Below the pieces are notes generated by a model. It had not been told where the DNA came from, did not search any database, and was given only the letters and a program-made list of their open reading frames with translations. 64,000 bases of DNA from Oculina patagonica (Eukaryota). The stretch's first letter is position 1; each line of letters starts with the position of its first letter. The translations under genes and the position numbers were made by a program. The stretch spans positions 40,424,001 to 40,488,000 of the forward strand of contig NC_135758.1 of assembly GCF_052425735.1 (NCBI RefSeq), in the 5' to 3' direction. Shown piece by piece: positions 50,701 to 63,717 of the stretch.

Positions 50701-50789
50701 TCTACACAGCTGTTCTTACAAAAGACGTTAAACCCATTGTGATGGAAGTGACAGAGACAAGGGTAACAGGAGAAGCCATGGAGATGTGA
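44731..50789 (+). CDS. PSMB7: Proteasome subunit beta type-7 (beta-2), 11 exons, ~276 aa
   Basis: [11 protein letters not shown]; KTG/TTIAG catalytic Thr; LGADTRAT; CCGAGTAAD; [13 protein letters not shown]; [17 protein letters not shown]. Exons 44731-44798, 44872-44953, 45531-45569, 46297-46355, 46495-46588, 46923-46969, 47490-47605, 48478-48536, 48655-48714, 49073-49199, 50710-50789 (831 nt). Confidence 0.97.
47176..47402. mobile_element. TA-flanked MITE (TACCTTATTATAGGAA...); longer copy at 59580-60076
   Basis: TIRs and internal AATTAACGCG repeats shared by both copies. Confidence 0.8.
47767..48284. mobile_element. TA-flanked Tc1/mariner-like MITE
   Basis: TACCTTATTACATGAAATTTTCGCG ... 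CGCGAAAATTTCATGTAATAAGGTA. Confidence 0.85.
50117..50697 (+). mobile_element. 5'-truncated LINE (CR1/L2-like) 3' fragment in the last PSMB7 intron
   Basis: [33 protein letters not shown]; AATAAA plus (TATC)n tail; 7-bp TSD TGTTCTA; empty site present in the duplicate at ~61869-61880. Confidence 0.85.
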
Positions 50790-51084
50790 TCTCAGCTCTA
50801 ACACTGTCCGTTTTCATAACAAATTTATTTGTTGTTACAACACTAAGCTGCCGTTTGCACCACGCTTTCCCGAAACTGCTTCGTGCGAGAAACTGAGATT
50901 AGGAATGTGTAGGAATTTGGAAAGTGCATACCATTGTGTTCATATAAAAAAATAAAAACTCACCAAATAACGGTTCTTGCTTATTGTAATTGGCGTGTTC
51001 TAGATGTTTTGAGCGTTAAGTTTCTGTATGTTTATTGGAGGAGAAAAAATTAATGAAATGTAGGACAGTTTCTCGTCCTCGATT

Positions 51085-51271
51085 CAGTCGGAGGAATAAG
51101 TGCCAGTCTTAGTTGAAGCACTCGAAGAAATTTCCGAATTTCATCCAATCAAAAACTAGTGCGAGTGCTCCGAATGAAATTGCGCATACAAATAAGTCAC
51201 GTTGCTTAGCAACTTCTGGGACAAAAACCGCAAGCTTTGTCGCCATCAACTGGCACTTGTGTCCCCGACTG
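51085..51271. mobile_element. MITE with 4-bp TSD
   Basis: CAGTCGG..AAGTGCCAGT / ACTGGCACTT..CCGACTG; GATT on both sides. Confidence 0.75.
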
Positions 51272-52533
51272 GATTACTGATGCGTAATATACGTGCCAGC
51301 GACATGCACCATTCAACGGATTTTCAAAAAATGTCTAGCAGGACTGGAAGCGACGGAAGAATTGAAATTGACCTTGCTCTCTAGGACTCGGGAATGGCTT
51401 TGCCATATATAGCTCACTTTGGATAAGAGTGATGGCCTGGGATTATTGGGGGAGGGGAGGGGGGGGGGGGGGCAATCGCAGGACGGAATTCTGAGAGGAA
51501 TGAGATGGTGATTTCAGGGTAAAAATAAGTCAAAGAAAAACAACAAACCAGCTAGGGAACGTCACTGGATAACTTGTGTTGCCAAAAGGAAAATTTGGCG
51601 GTACATCAGACTATTACATGGTTAATGATTTAGTTTTGTTGTCGTTACTGAGGTCATCTGGTCTACCTGACAATGTATTTCAGATTGTAAGGATAAACGA
51701 AGTGTCGATTATTCATGGGAATTAATCGTTAAAAAAATACAGTAGTCTAATTAACATTTTCCCGATTATTATTTTATTTGCACCACAGGCTTACCTACAT
51801 GCAGTTACAACCTTGGAACCAGTTTTAGCAATTCTGTTCGCTTTTAATTATTAGTGGAGGACGATACAGATCAAAAAATTAAAATAGTTTAAGTAATCTT
51901 GTATTAGCTGATCAAAATGCTCTGAGCTATCTTTTACTAACCCACTTTTGAGAAAAATTGAAGCGAAATAGTTAAAGAAAAAAAACTTACATGTACTAGT
52001 AAGTAATATTTTTTTTCCCTTCATAGGATGTTCTGAAAAAAGTAACAGCAAACTAAACAATGGACTACAAATCGACTTTTTAAATGGCAGTTTAAACGAG
52101 CAACTCATGTTAGTCCTGTTTGACTTGACAAACAAAATAACACGATCTACTGAGAAAGCTAGTTCCTTATTCGAGGGACCTGTTTACGGGAAACTTGGAA
52201 TAGCACTAGTTCAAGAATCTTTAAATTTAATTCGAGTCCCACGCATCGCGCAATTCTACCTCTAGCCTTAAAATGTTGAAAGTTGTATTAGTTGGAATTG
52301 ACATGTGGGATTTCAGACGACGATTTTAATATGTATTTGTAAGTAAGACAGCACCAAGGTAACTACGAGCGATAGCACCCTTACATATTCTTGTTTTTTT
52401 CGGATAAATATTTTACTCCATCCAGTTATGACGTTATCCCCCTGCGTTATTCTTGTATCCAGATCTTAGTCTTTCTAACGCTCAAAAGTGAGATCTGGGT
52501 TCTAGTTTAACACCAAGTAATAGGCACTGAGTC

Positions 52534-54584
52534 TTAGAAGTCCTTTGGACGAATTTTCATCTCCGACCTCTTTAGAGAGTAATGAGAACTTTTCCAATGG
52601 TACCACACCATTCCTTGACTACTGACTTTACCATTGAGGTACAAACCATTGAGGTTTGAGTAGTGGCAATAGTTGTACCACCAGGCGCCTTTTTTATGCG
52701 AGGCACAGTTGCCTGATGAGTTACCGTCATTATCGCGATCTTTGGTGGTGAATGCAAAGCCACGATGATAACCGAGAGAATCACCAGCAGTGCCTGAGAA
52801 AAGAAACATGCTTAATCAGTTTATCTTAATCAGGAGAAAGCGAGTTTGAACGAAAATTCTGCAAATTTGAAGGGGGGTGGTGAGGGGGTAAAGAATAAGA
52901 AATTTAAGGTTTCAGCCATTCCTTCTTCTTCTAGACCTTAACGGGCCAGATAAACATCTATCGGCAAATAAAAACTCGAGCGTAAATCAATCACTTCTTG
53001 GTCATTTTTCCTTGGCGCTCATTTCAAGAGTAAAATGGTGTTCATTAGTGAGAGACCTTTCGATTTTTTCCTGCTCACCCATTGTTCAGTCTAGTGCAGT
53101 TTTGATTCTCCAAAAAAAGTGCCATGCATACTTGTATGTATTCATGAGGCAAGTCCTTTATCACTATCGCAGTGCAGAGATTTTTTTTGCAAAAAAACTT
53201 TTGAAAGTTTAAACTTCATCTACTATACTTGTTATTTTATGGTTGTCTTAAGTTTTAAGTTTCGAATCGTGTAGTATATCTTGAAATTTTGTCTTTTTCT
53301 GGTTTCCACGAATTCGGCAGCTTTTATTATTTCTTTGCTTCTGTACTATAAAAATTTTAAACAATCAAGGAATGTAGGGAGGGTAGGGAACGTGTTTAAC
53401 AGACCTTTTTTTGCTGGAGTGGTAATATTGTTTGAGATGGAATCGGTTCTAATAACTTAACTTCCAACTGTTGCAGTTAATATGCAATTCGTTTTGCAAT
53501 TGCCTATTTTATCAAAAAGCATATGACTACATTTATTCCGAGAAGATTAGGCCGGCTCACCTGAATAACTTCCCAAATTCAGCTGATATTTCGCCCTTTC
53601 ACTTGTCACCGAAAATGAGCTGTACTCTGCAAATGCTGTATTACCATGAAGGTCTTCCAAGTCGACGCGAAGCTTGTTACTGCTGCTTACAGTCAGGCGG
53701 TGGATCTTGTCTAGTCCGAGCCAGAACTCGCCGTTCAGATTGCCAAAGCCTCGCTTGTAGTCATCCCAGGCTCGGAAGAAATCTACAGAGCCATCCCGTC
53801 TCTTCTGAAACACCGTCCATCCTCCACCGGCTGTTTTCTGATCACAGAAGACTTCAAATTCTCCCAAACCATCAGGATCGATTTTGTATACTCCACTGAT
53901 CTTGTCACCGGACTGGTAAACTTCGGCGCAATTCTTGTAAACTGCATATTGTAAAGGACAAGGCAGTCAGCATTTCCTTTCCGCTAAGACAATTTAGAAA
54001 TTACAAATGTTTTCTGTAGTGTTTTATTAATAGGAGTTCAGGCAGTTTTATATCCAGTGTGAGTGAATCACGCGAATTTCGGTCAATTTTTAGATCTTCG
54101 CTTCAATCTTGATCTCTTCGTTTTTCCGCGGTGATTTCGATCGCGTTTCGATTTCTTCGGAAATACCCACAGAGCGGGTAGGTCTTTATTCGACTCAAAA
54201 CCATTCAAATACTTTGGGGCTGTACTGTATAAAAAACAACCGTCTAAAACAACAGTAGCTTACGCGACAAAGTACTGCTGGAGTTTTACGCAGTTTAATT
54301 TAGTTTTGTTACAAACCTTTTTCACCCGGGCTGCCAGTTTGATTTCCCTTCGTTCCTCTGATTTCTTGTTTTAGTTCGCCTAGCTGTTGTTTCACTTCAG
54401 AAAACATGCTTTCGATTTTCTTGCAGTTTGGTCCGGCATAGAAGCTGTTGTAATTATTGTTGACATTACACTGGGAGGCTTTCTTAGTATCGGTTATATT
54501 TTTCGCGGGTTTCGTCGTCAAATTTGAGTTTGCGAGCGCCGCTGCAATTAAACCCAACAGGATAGCTTGAAAGAAGTACTTCAT
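52534..54584 (-). CDS. Secreted fibrinogen-related domain lectin (ficolin/tachylectin-5/MFAP4-like), 3 exons, ~302 aa
   Basis: Exons 54584-54317 (signal peptide [18 protein letters not shown], short coiled coil), 53941-53561 ([33 protein letters not shown]), 52793-52534 ([28 protein letters not shown]). Confidence 0.95.
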
Positions 54585-57500
54585 CGCGGTTCGATGTTTG
54601 TAAATTTTGTTATAATTAAGTATCAAAAGTTGCAAAGAACGAATGACTCGACAAGCACTAAAAGCTGTTTATGTGATGTGTTGCTTGAGCTTTCAAACAA
54701 GATTTTTCCCGTGTCTAGTTCTATTTTAGGAGCGTGTTCATATGAGTACCCATGGTACTATCCATGGGGTACCCAATCAAATATCTCCACATTTCTACAG
54801 AAGACAGAACGTCTGGCACTGTTAATACTAGCTACATGACATAAAACGGCTCACGCCTCAATGATTGAAATGTATCAAAGCTTTTCGATATTGTTATTCG
54901 GAATTTAATATGCCTGCAGTCGAAACATTTTTAATACTGAGTTTTTAACGGACACTTGACCCAAACACTTTGTTATTAAGCAGTGTTCTATGCATGCTCA
55001 AAGGCCCGGGCACTTTCTGTGTTCCTTAAAATCTCAGGTGCGCCTGTTGGTGACCATAAAAGAGCAGTCAATCATTTCAACTTGAAAAATGACTTTAGAT
55101 ACACGATTTCTGACGTGAAGGAGTGCACTGCTTATTGTAACGGCCTTTATAACAAGGTCTTTAATTTTTTTCGAAGGGATGGTTGAGCCTAAAATGTTCT
55201 TAAAATGTCCTTATTTTAATAAATTTTAAAAACAACAGTTAGTACTTTTACGTAATGATGGGTGATGACAATATTCCGGGTTACAGCTTGGATTCGAATA
55301 AAAATTGACTGATTTAGTACATCAGTCAGGGCCGTACTAGAAGAGGAGACGAGGAACTGCCCGCGACACCAAAAAAAAAAAAAGAAAACGTTAGGGTATT
55401 AACAGTTGAACAGATGACTTCCAAAAGAAAAGTTCAAGCGGACACAGACCAATGCGGCGAGCCACGGCAATTGCCGATTTTGCCACGTCAATGCCAATTA
55501 TAAATCAACAAACGGGAAAGAATAAAATTCGTTCTTAACCAAATTTCAGCCTTGAGTACGTTCTTAGGGGATGTTCTTACATTTTGGCTTTTCTCTTTCT
55601 CTTTTCTCTCAGCGTTCTTATAAAAAGGTCCTTTTAAAAAAAGAGTGTGCTGTATGCATATCCGTTAAATTACGTACCTAAAATCAGGAAGTCAATAACT
55701 ACTGAAGATTGGTTATCACAATTTGACGCTATCATAAAAGCGGTCGGATGTTATATAGTAGTTTGACGAGATTTTACAGTGTTCAGTTTCACTTATAAAA
55801 GTGTGGAAAATAAATCAAAAGTAATTGTCATGAATCTGATAAGCATACCTTCATGAATCACAAATTTTGTTGAATAACTTCGTCTTCATCCTTTCGACCG
55901 ACAGCCATTTTTTCTTCTTCTAAAAGATAATTCAATGCCAGTGATGGACTCCGGTCAATGTTAAATTTCACAAGTCTTTCAGTTCATACTCATCTCTTAC
56001 ACCAACAACCTGTAATAGGGTGACCCAGTATTTGGCGGAGCGATGACGGAATGCACTAGTTGTCAGAGCTTACCCTGGTTGCTTGTGGTAGGCCGCGATT
56101 AGCTTCCTCCGGTTGCTTGCGGTAGCTTTATTTGTTGGTTAGGGCACTATATTATCGCCGTTCCGTCAGTTCCGCCATTCCGCCGAATAGGGTGATCCCC
56201 TTAATACATGTGCGAACGATCGATAAATTTCTATTCCACAAGGCGAGAAACGAAAAAAAATAAATGTGATATAAATGATCGATAAGAAACAATTGCTGTT
56301 GGCCACTGAAGCATATATCGAACGTGGCGCTTTCGCTGAGAAATTAGCATAGTGACTGATATATTTTATTTTTGTCTGAGCTGTTTATTTTGGTTGTTTG
56401 TTTTTCGATGACTCGACGAACCAGAAAAATTTTGGTACCGCTACAAGGGGAAGGCCGCAAAATAAAAAGGGCAGTTTTATTATTTTCATTTAATTGACAC
56501 TTTCAGTGTTTCTCAAACATCTCTCATTTGTATATTTATATATTCAAACACAGACATTCGATAGTTACTTTTTGTTGCCTGTGTTGAATGTGACGCTAAC
56601 GGCGTTTCATCTCGCTGTGTTTAGGTAATTAGGCTAAAACAACCGACGAATATTTCTCGCGTGCTCATTGGATAATTTGTATACACGTAGTCAATAGGAG
56701 TACAGACACTTATAGGTGACTCAACCTGCGAACGCAGACGTAATCCGTTTTTTCTTTTTTTAGTTGCTCTCCGCCCGAAAAGGTTGATGGGAAGGACAGT
56801 TCGTCTTTCCTTTGATGCCTTGGGGGCCGCTCAAAAGGAAAAGAAAGGGAAGTGGTTTATGGGGGGGGGCGAGAAACGACAGCCGGAAATACGTCTGCGT
56901 TTGCAGGCTAGCTAGTAGGTGACATCATCACACGCAGATATTGAAAACATTTTTTTAAATCTAATCAAACCGTGAAAGATGAAGCTCACTTTTTTTTCTA
57001 TTGTACTAACTTTGTTTTATTGGTACTTATTTTTGCTTATTTTGGTTAGTTACTAATTTGGTTGCCACATAATTGGCGCTCTTCTCCACTGTGTCATCTC
57101 ACATTTTGGCAAGTTTTTCAGAAAATCACTCTGTCGTTTCATGGCTTGGACAATGCGGATGACGAACTTTTTTTCCAAATAGATTGCGTGAGTGCGACTA
57201 CACAAAGGTTTTTGGTTTGTCTTTTGTGTCGACTGTGACGTTTGATAGACAGTGCCTGGAATATATCGTGCCCCCCCCCCCCTCTTCATCAGAAATTCTT
57301 ACCCTGACCCCCCTTGTTATCCTAAATTTTTGATAAAAGCATCTCGAAAACGCTTTCTTTATCACTTTCTGACGATTTTATATGTATTTTGACAGCACTG
57401 TGAACTACAAAAATTTCCTAAAGTTGAGTTGTACCAGTTTTTACTCGTTGCTAAATAAACGCACTAGTTTGTCGTTAGTGGCATATATAACAAAAAATAA

Positions 57501-57793
57501 ACCATTGTGCGTTTGGCTTTCACCTGACCAGTTTAGAAGGATCCCGCGATCCCGAGTTCTCACTTGCTAGGTGTATGAATATGTGGCGAAACAAACAAAC
57601 AAACAAACAAACAAACCATTCTCACAGACATGGAAATTTGTTATTTATTACATTCTAAATCAAACTATACCCACACTAAAATGAACAAGAAAAGAAGTTC
57701 GAAATTGCCTCGTTAGTGAAAACACTATTCACACTATTCAATTTGTTACTGTTTATTTGTTACTGTTTCAATTGTTTAATTTGTTACTGTGAG

Positions 57794-57985
57794 TCCCGTC
57801 GGGGACTCAGGACGCGTGTCACTTACCAACCTAGTAAAATGGCCCAGCTCACAACGAGTCTCTCGTAGCTCAGTTGGTTAGAGCGCCCAACCGGTAACTG
57901 GGAGGCCATAGGTTCGATTCCCGTCGGGGACTTAGAATTTTTCTTTGTCCCATGCTCGTGTCATGTTGAATACTTCATCTTCATT
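57794..57985 (+). repeat. tRNA-derived SINE-like repeat (pseudo-tRNA at 57858-57932)
   Basis: TAGCTCAGTTGGTTAGAGC and GGTTCGATTCCC boxes, mismatched stems, GGT in the anticodon position; 14-bp direct repeat TCCCGTCGGGGACT at 57794 and 57919. Confidence 0.65.
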
Positions 57986-58300
57986 AATAGAACGTGAGTT
58001 GCCCATAACGACCTGTCAGGTATTTGTTTGCGATTTTGCAGCTCTTGTCTTGATTTGTATGGATTTGTGGGGTATTATGGATTTGTAATTTTTTGCGGTT
58101 ACTTTTAATACAAACACAAAATGAATCGTACATTACAAACGAAAATGGACATGCAAGCATACGCCAAGGGTCTACATTTTATTGTGGTTTATGTGCCGGT
58201 GATCGGTGAGCGCTGTTTTGGCCAAGTTTAACGCAAAAAGAAATCGCCGCGTAGAAAAGCAAAATATTCCCGGACAGTTAGATATGACTAATACAAAGTA

Positions 58301-58584
58301 TAGAGCAGTTTTCAATTGAGTGTCGTAAAACCAAAACCAAAGTAATCACTCTAGCCAATCACGAAGAACACAGACAATCCAGTAAACCAATTAAAACACG
58401 AAGCAAATATTGTAGCCGGCACGATGCGCGGGAAAACGTGCGCAAGCGAGTCACGATTGGTTTTGGTTTTACTTCTGATTGGCTGAGAAAATGGCGCGAG
58501 ATTTTTAAACCAATCACTGAGCGTAGTAATGCAAAACCAATGCAAACGCGAATTACTTTCGACACTCAATTGAAAACCACTCTA
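58301..58584. mobile_element. MITE TAGAGCAGTTTTCAATTGAGTGTCG...CGACACTCAATTGAAAACCACTCTA
   Basis: 25-bp TIRs. Accounts for the spurious ORFs at 58351-58626. Confidence 0.85.
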
Positions 58585-59579
58585 AACGAAAGAGACATTA
58601 TATTTTCACGAGTTCTATTAGATTAAGTGAACAGAAATCTTTACATTCTTTAAATACATAGACAGTAAGAGAAGAATTGCTCGCATATCGCATATCGTAT
58701 ATCTAGTATATCAGATGTCACGCTACAATAAATATTTTAATATTCACCTGTGATTATGGTGTGAATAGCAAATGTTTTTTTCTTTTAATTTTTCCTTTAT
58801 TGATATTTACACACATAACATTACATAGATGATTGGAATAAAAAAAGGTAACAAGTATTAAATTTACAATTAAGTGAATAGCAAATATTGCTGTTGTACT
58901 GTATCACTATTAAAAACTCTGTATCTACAGTAGCATGAAGTTAACAAGTGTTAAATTGTTCTTATTCTAGCTTGAAGATACTAAAAAACTGGTACGCGAT
59001 GCAATTACTACAGGAATATTTAACGATTTGGTAAGTAGCTGTACATGTACAATGTATTCTTAATAACAACAACAACATCCTCTTTATTTCCTTATCAATA
59101 AATTAAATTACAGAATTGTTATAGAAATATATTACTAAAGATAAGGAGTTCTGGCAACCCGAAATAACCACTAGGTTAAAAATGCCGGGTTGCCAGTTTA
59201 CAAATTGAGTTGTCAAATTTTAGCCGGACACACACTGTCTGACACCCGTACACACGGACACACATACAAAATATAATATAGAATATAATATATACCAGAA
59301 AGTAAAGAAGAAAAGAAGCTGAATTTACACGCGTAATCTATTACCTTAAATAAAAAATATAAATGAACTGAACAATGACGAATATCAGAAACATAATGGT
59401 AAAAACAAAAAAAAAGTGATATTATCTTAATGTGAAGACAAAGGAAAAGTGAATTGACTAGTAGCCTTGGAGAAAGCTCTGTTTCAGTTTAATTTTGAAT
59501 GATGAAATTGGCAAGTGTTTTATATCATATCTTAATTACTGTGTTGTTTAAGAATCTCATGTTATTGTAAAACAATACA

Positions 59580-60076
59580 TACCTTATTATAGGAAATTAA
59601 CGCTTGTGTTAATTAAGGTATTGGAAATTAACGCGACTTAAATTAACGCGAATTGAAGGAAAAATTACTTCCCAATAAAGGAAATTAACGCGAAAGAGAG
59701 GGTAACACTTCAAAATGAAGGAAATTAACGCAACGTACACAACTGGAACAAGTTCATTTCAACACTTGTAGGCGTATAATCTTAAGCGCAAACAATGTTC
59801 ATGGTATTTTTCCCACTTCGAGCGTTCTTCGCAGTATCAGTGAAAGTGGTAGATGACCACCCTGATAAAATAATGTTTTTTCCTTTGAGTCAAGAACGTC
59901 TGGACTGTAACGAAAAATTGGGGCCAAAATAATGGAAATTAAGGTCACGGAAATTAACGCTCCACTTAATTAACGGTGCGGAAATTAACGTTAACAAAAA
60001 TTAACGCGACTTAAATTAACGCGAATTTTTGAAATTCGCGTTAATTTCATGACGCGTTAATTTCCTATAATAAAGT
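59580..60076. mobile_element. TA-flanked MITE, absent from the matching PSMB7 intron 9
   Basis: TACCTTATTATAGGAAATTAACGC ... GCGTTAATTTCCTATAATAAAGTA. Confidence 0.8.
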
Positions 60077-60229
60077 AGTTCTTGTGTTACAGTACACTGG
60101 TGTTGCCCTTTTATTAAAGTAAGAATTCATTTATGTACACAATATGTCTGACTGGTTCATCAAAGGTAACATTCTGATGTACATGTAAAAGGTACATGTG
60201 CCTGGTTGACCCTGCTGACATGAAGGTTA

Positions 60230-60485
60230 CAGGGGCGGATCCAGGATTTCAAAAGGGGGGGGGGGGGTGGATGGCAGACCATTAGGGCCTAACCCTAACC
60301 CTAACCCTAAGTGGCGGCAGACGGCGAAACGTGGCGTAACAACAACCAGACATGAGCGAGAGCTAATTTTTCTTTCTTTCTTTATTTTCTATTTTAAATA
60401 AAGTGACATTTCGAATTTTTTTTACTGAAAAATGAGGGATGGATATCCACCCTGTCCACCCCCCCCCCCCCTGTATCCGCCCCTG
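60230..60485. mobile_element. MITE CAGGGGCGGAT...ATCCGCCCCTG containing telomeric repeats
   Basis: 11-bp TIRs, 5-bp flanks GGTTA; TTAGGG followed by CCTAA(CCCTAA)3 at 60282-60310. Confidence 0.8.
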
Positions 60486-63400
60486 GGTTAGAAAACGTCA
60501 AATAAATTCTCCCTTTCAAACCGGCCAAACCAAGTTAATATATAAAGAAGCAAGAACACTATCTCAGCAGTGAAAGTCAATTTTTGACAATTCAAAGTGG
60601 TAAAAAAATTCTAGTTAGGGCTTCGATGGGAGTTTAACCCCATGATCTGTTAATGCATGTTCATTTTTGTTTCTTGCCTGTTTGCTAGGGATCTGGAAGT
60701 AATGTTGATCCTTGTGTGATTATTAAAGAAGGAACACAATACCTCAGGCCGTATGATGTGGCAAATGAGAAGGGTGCGAGACAGGGAAAGTATTCCTACA
60801 AGAGGGGTGCTACAGGCTAGTTGCACAAGTACCAAAGACCAGTTTGTGAAAATCTCAACTTTTATTCTGCAAAATACTGAAAAAGAAGCAGTACCACAGT
60901 AAAATACTGCTCAATAGCTTTTATTTGAATGGTCGCAGATGAGGGTTATAGACCAGGGTTTAACCTACATAACGTGTTTATTAGAGCACCCAGCCTCAAA
61001 TAAGCACCCACACCCCACCGCCCTCATAAAAAACCCCTAAAGTGCACAAGAGGAGTATTGATTATTATTGAAATTAACTTAGTACTACTAAGAGACTTCC
61101 GCGAATACGGAGTTTTCTTAGTATTTTACAAAAACTTTCAATAAACAGTTTCAGTTTTGCTTTGGTTCATTTTCACGTTTTATTGTTATTCATTGTTTTG
61201 TTGCAAAATGAACTAATTGCTTGCAAAATATGGTGAAAATGTAATAAGCGCCCAGCCTCGAATAAGCACCCACTCTCAAGGTCCGAAAATTTAATGAGCG
61301 CCCAGGGCACTTTTAAGCGCCCTGGGCAAATCTGAGAAAATCCTAGGAAAATGGAATAAATATGGTACTTTTATCCTGCGAATGTAGTTATTTGTAAGTA
61401 CTGACTGAATAGGCAGTATAATAACTGAACACAAACGTACGTATACTGTACTGCTCAAATATCTGTACCACACAAACATACTGCCCAGTGCCTTTCATTT
61501 GAATAGTTGCACTCTAGCGTTTTGTTCATAAATTTAAAAGTTAGAACTTCCTTCTACAAGATTATAAACAGTACCAAGTAAAACTACTGCTCGATAGCTT
61601 TAATTTAAATGGTCACACACTAGCGTTTCATTCACAATCTTTAAAGTTAAGACTTTCTTGTCCAGCATAATAAACAGTACCACGTGAAAGTACTGCTCAA
61701 CAGCTTTTATTTGAATGGTCACATGCTACCAACATAACGTAATAAAGGGCCACAAACATGTTACAATGACCACCAAGAATCCCCTTTTCTTGTGTAGAAT
61801 GAAATTTTTTTTCGATGCATCAGGGACATATTAATGAATCTCGACAACATATTCTGATACAACTGTTATGTTCTTCACAGCTGTTCTTACAAAAGACGTT
61901 AAACCCATTGTGATGGAAGTGACAGAGACAAGGGTTACAGGAGAAGCCATGGACATGTGATCTCAGCTCTTGTCCGTTTTCATAACAAATCTATCTTTAT
62001 TTGTTGCTGCAACACTTAGCTGCCGTCTGCACCACGCTTCCCCGAAACTGCTTCGTGCAAGAAACTGAGATTAGGAATGTGTAGGAAGTTGGAAAATGTA
62101 TTATGTTCATATAAAAAATAAAAACTCACCAAATAAAGGTTCTTGCATCTCGTTTTCTGTATGTTTTTTGGAGGAGGTAAAATTAATTGAATGTAGGACA
62201 GTTTCTCATCCTCGATTAGGGACGGACCATTATTTTCCTGGAAGGGGGGTATAGAAATGTTGAAGAAAATTGTTTGCAGGGCCTAAAAAGGCAAGATAAA
62301 TTGCTTGCAAACACGATCTTTATAGGAAAAAAATAATTTGCATTCCGAAAAAAATGTTTGCAGAGGTGCATAGTTTATTTTCATACCCCCGCCTGCCCCC
62401 CCCCCCCCCCCCCGTGCGCAGTATACGTGCCAGCGGTATGCACTAGTCAGCGGATTTTCAAACAAATGTCGAGCAGGACTGGAGGGGACGGATGGAATGA
62501 AATTAACCTTGCACCCCAGGACTCGGGAGTGGCTTTGCCATAGCTCACTTTGAATAAAAGAGTGATGGCTTGGGATTGTTTAGGGAAAACAATAAAACAA
62601 TCGCGGGACGGAACTCTGAGAGGAATGCTGAATAAGATGGTGATTTCAGGGTAAAAATAAGTCAAAAAAAAAAAAACAACAAACCAGCTAGGGAACGTCA
62701 TTGGAAAACTTGTGTTGCCAAAAGGAAAATTTGGCGGTACATCGGACAATATTCCCTGGTTAATAATTTTGTTTTTGTTCTCAACACTGAGGTCATCACT
62801 GGTCTACTTGAAAATACATTTCAGCTGATTGTATTTGTAATGAAAACGAAGTGTCTATTACAAGATGGGAATTAAATCGTTAAAAAAAACAGCAGTATGA
62901 GAGAAAATTTTTTTCCCAATTATTTATTTTTTGTTTGCACCACAAGCTTACCTACAGTTACAACCTTGGAGCCATTTTTCGCAATAATGTTCACTTTTAA
63001 TTATTAGTGGAGGGCGATACAGATCAAAAAATTAAAAAAGTTTGAATAATCTTGTATTAGTTGATCAAAATGCTCTGAGCTATCTTCCACTCTCCCACCT
63101 TTGAAAAAAATTGAAGCGAAATAATTGAAGACGAAACAACTAACAGGTATTTATTCATAGATATCTATTTTCTCTTGGTACCAGTTAGTAATATTTTCCT
63201 TCCCTTCCCATGATATTCTGAAAAAGTCACAGCAAACTAAACAATGGACTACAAAGTGTTTTTTTTTTCATATGGCAACTTAAATGAGCAACTCATGTTG
63301 TTTGACTCCTAACACAAAAAACAACATAATTTACTGAAAATGTTAGTTCCTTATGCAAGGGAACTGTTTAGGGGAAATTTGCAACAGCACTAGTTCAACC

Positions 63401-63717
63401 TAAAGAGAATCTTATGTTATGAAGTTCCATGCATCGCACAATTCTACCTCTAGCCTTAAAATAATGAAAGTTGTATTAGTTTGAATTGACATGTGGGATT
63501 TTAGACGACAATTTTAATATGTGTTTGCAAGTGAAGACAGCACCAAGGAAACTACAGCGAAGGCACCCTTAAATATTCTTTTTTTTCGGATAAATATTTT
63601 ACTCCATTCAATTTATTATGTTGTTTACTCTTGCACCCAGATCTTACTCTGTCTAACGCTAAAAAGTGATCATGAGATCTGGGTTCTAGTTTAACACTAA
63701 GTAATAGGCACTGAATC

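Larger units (their letters stand above)
58971..61960 (+). pseudogene. PSMB7: Duplicated 3' fragment of PSMB7 (exons 9-11)
   Basis: Exon copies 58971-59030, 60689-60815 (donor GT>GC), 61881-61960. No upstream exons or catalytic Thr; substitutions DAIAAG>DAITTG and VDLC>VDPC. Confidence 0.9.

Noticed and set aside
57858-57932. Functional tRNA-Thr(GGT) gene
   Set aside because: Mismatches in the acceptor, anticodon and T stems; a GGT anticodon is atypical for eukaryotic tRNA-Thr; embedded in a repeat.
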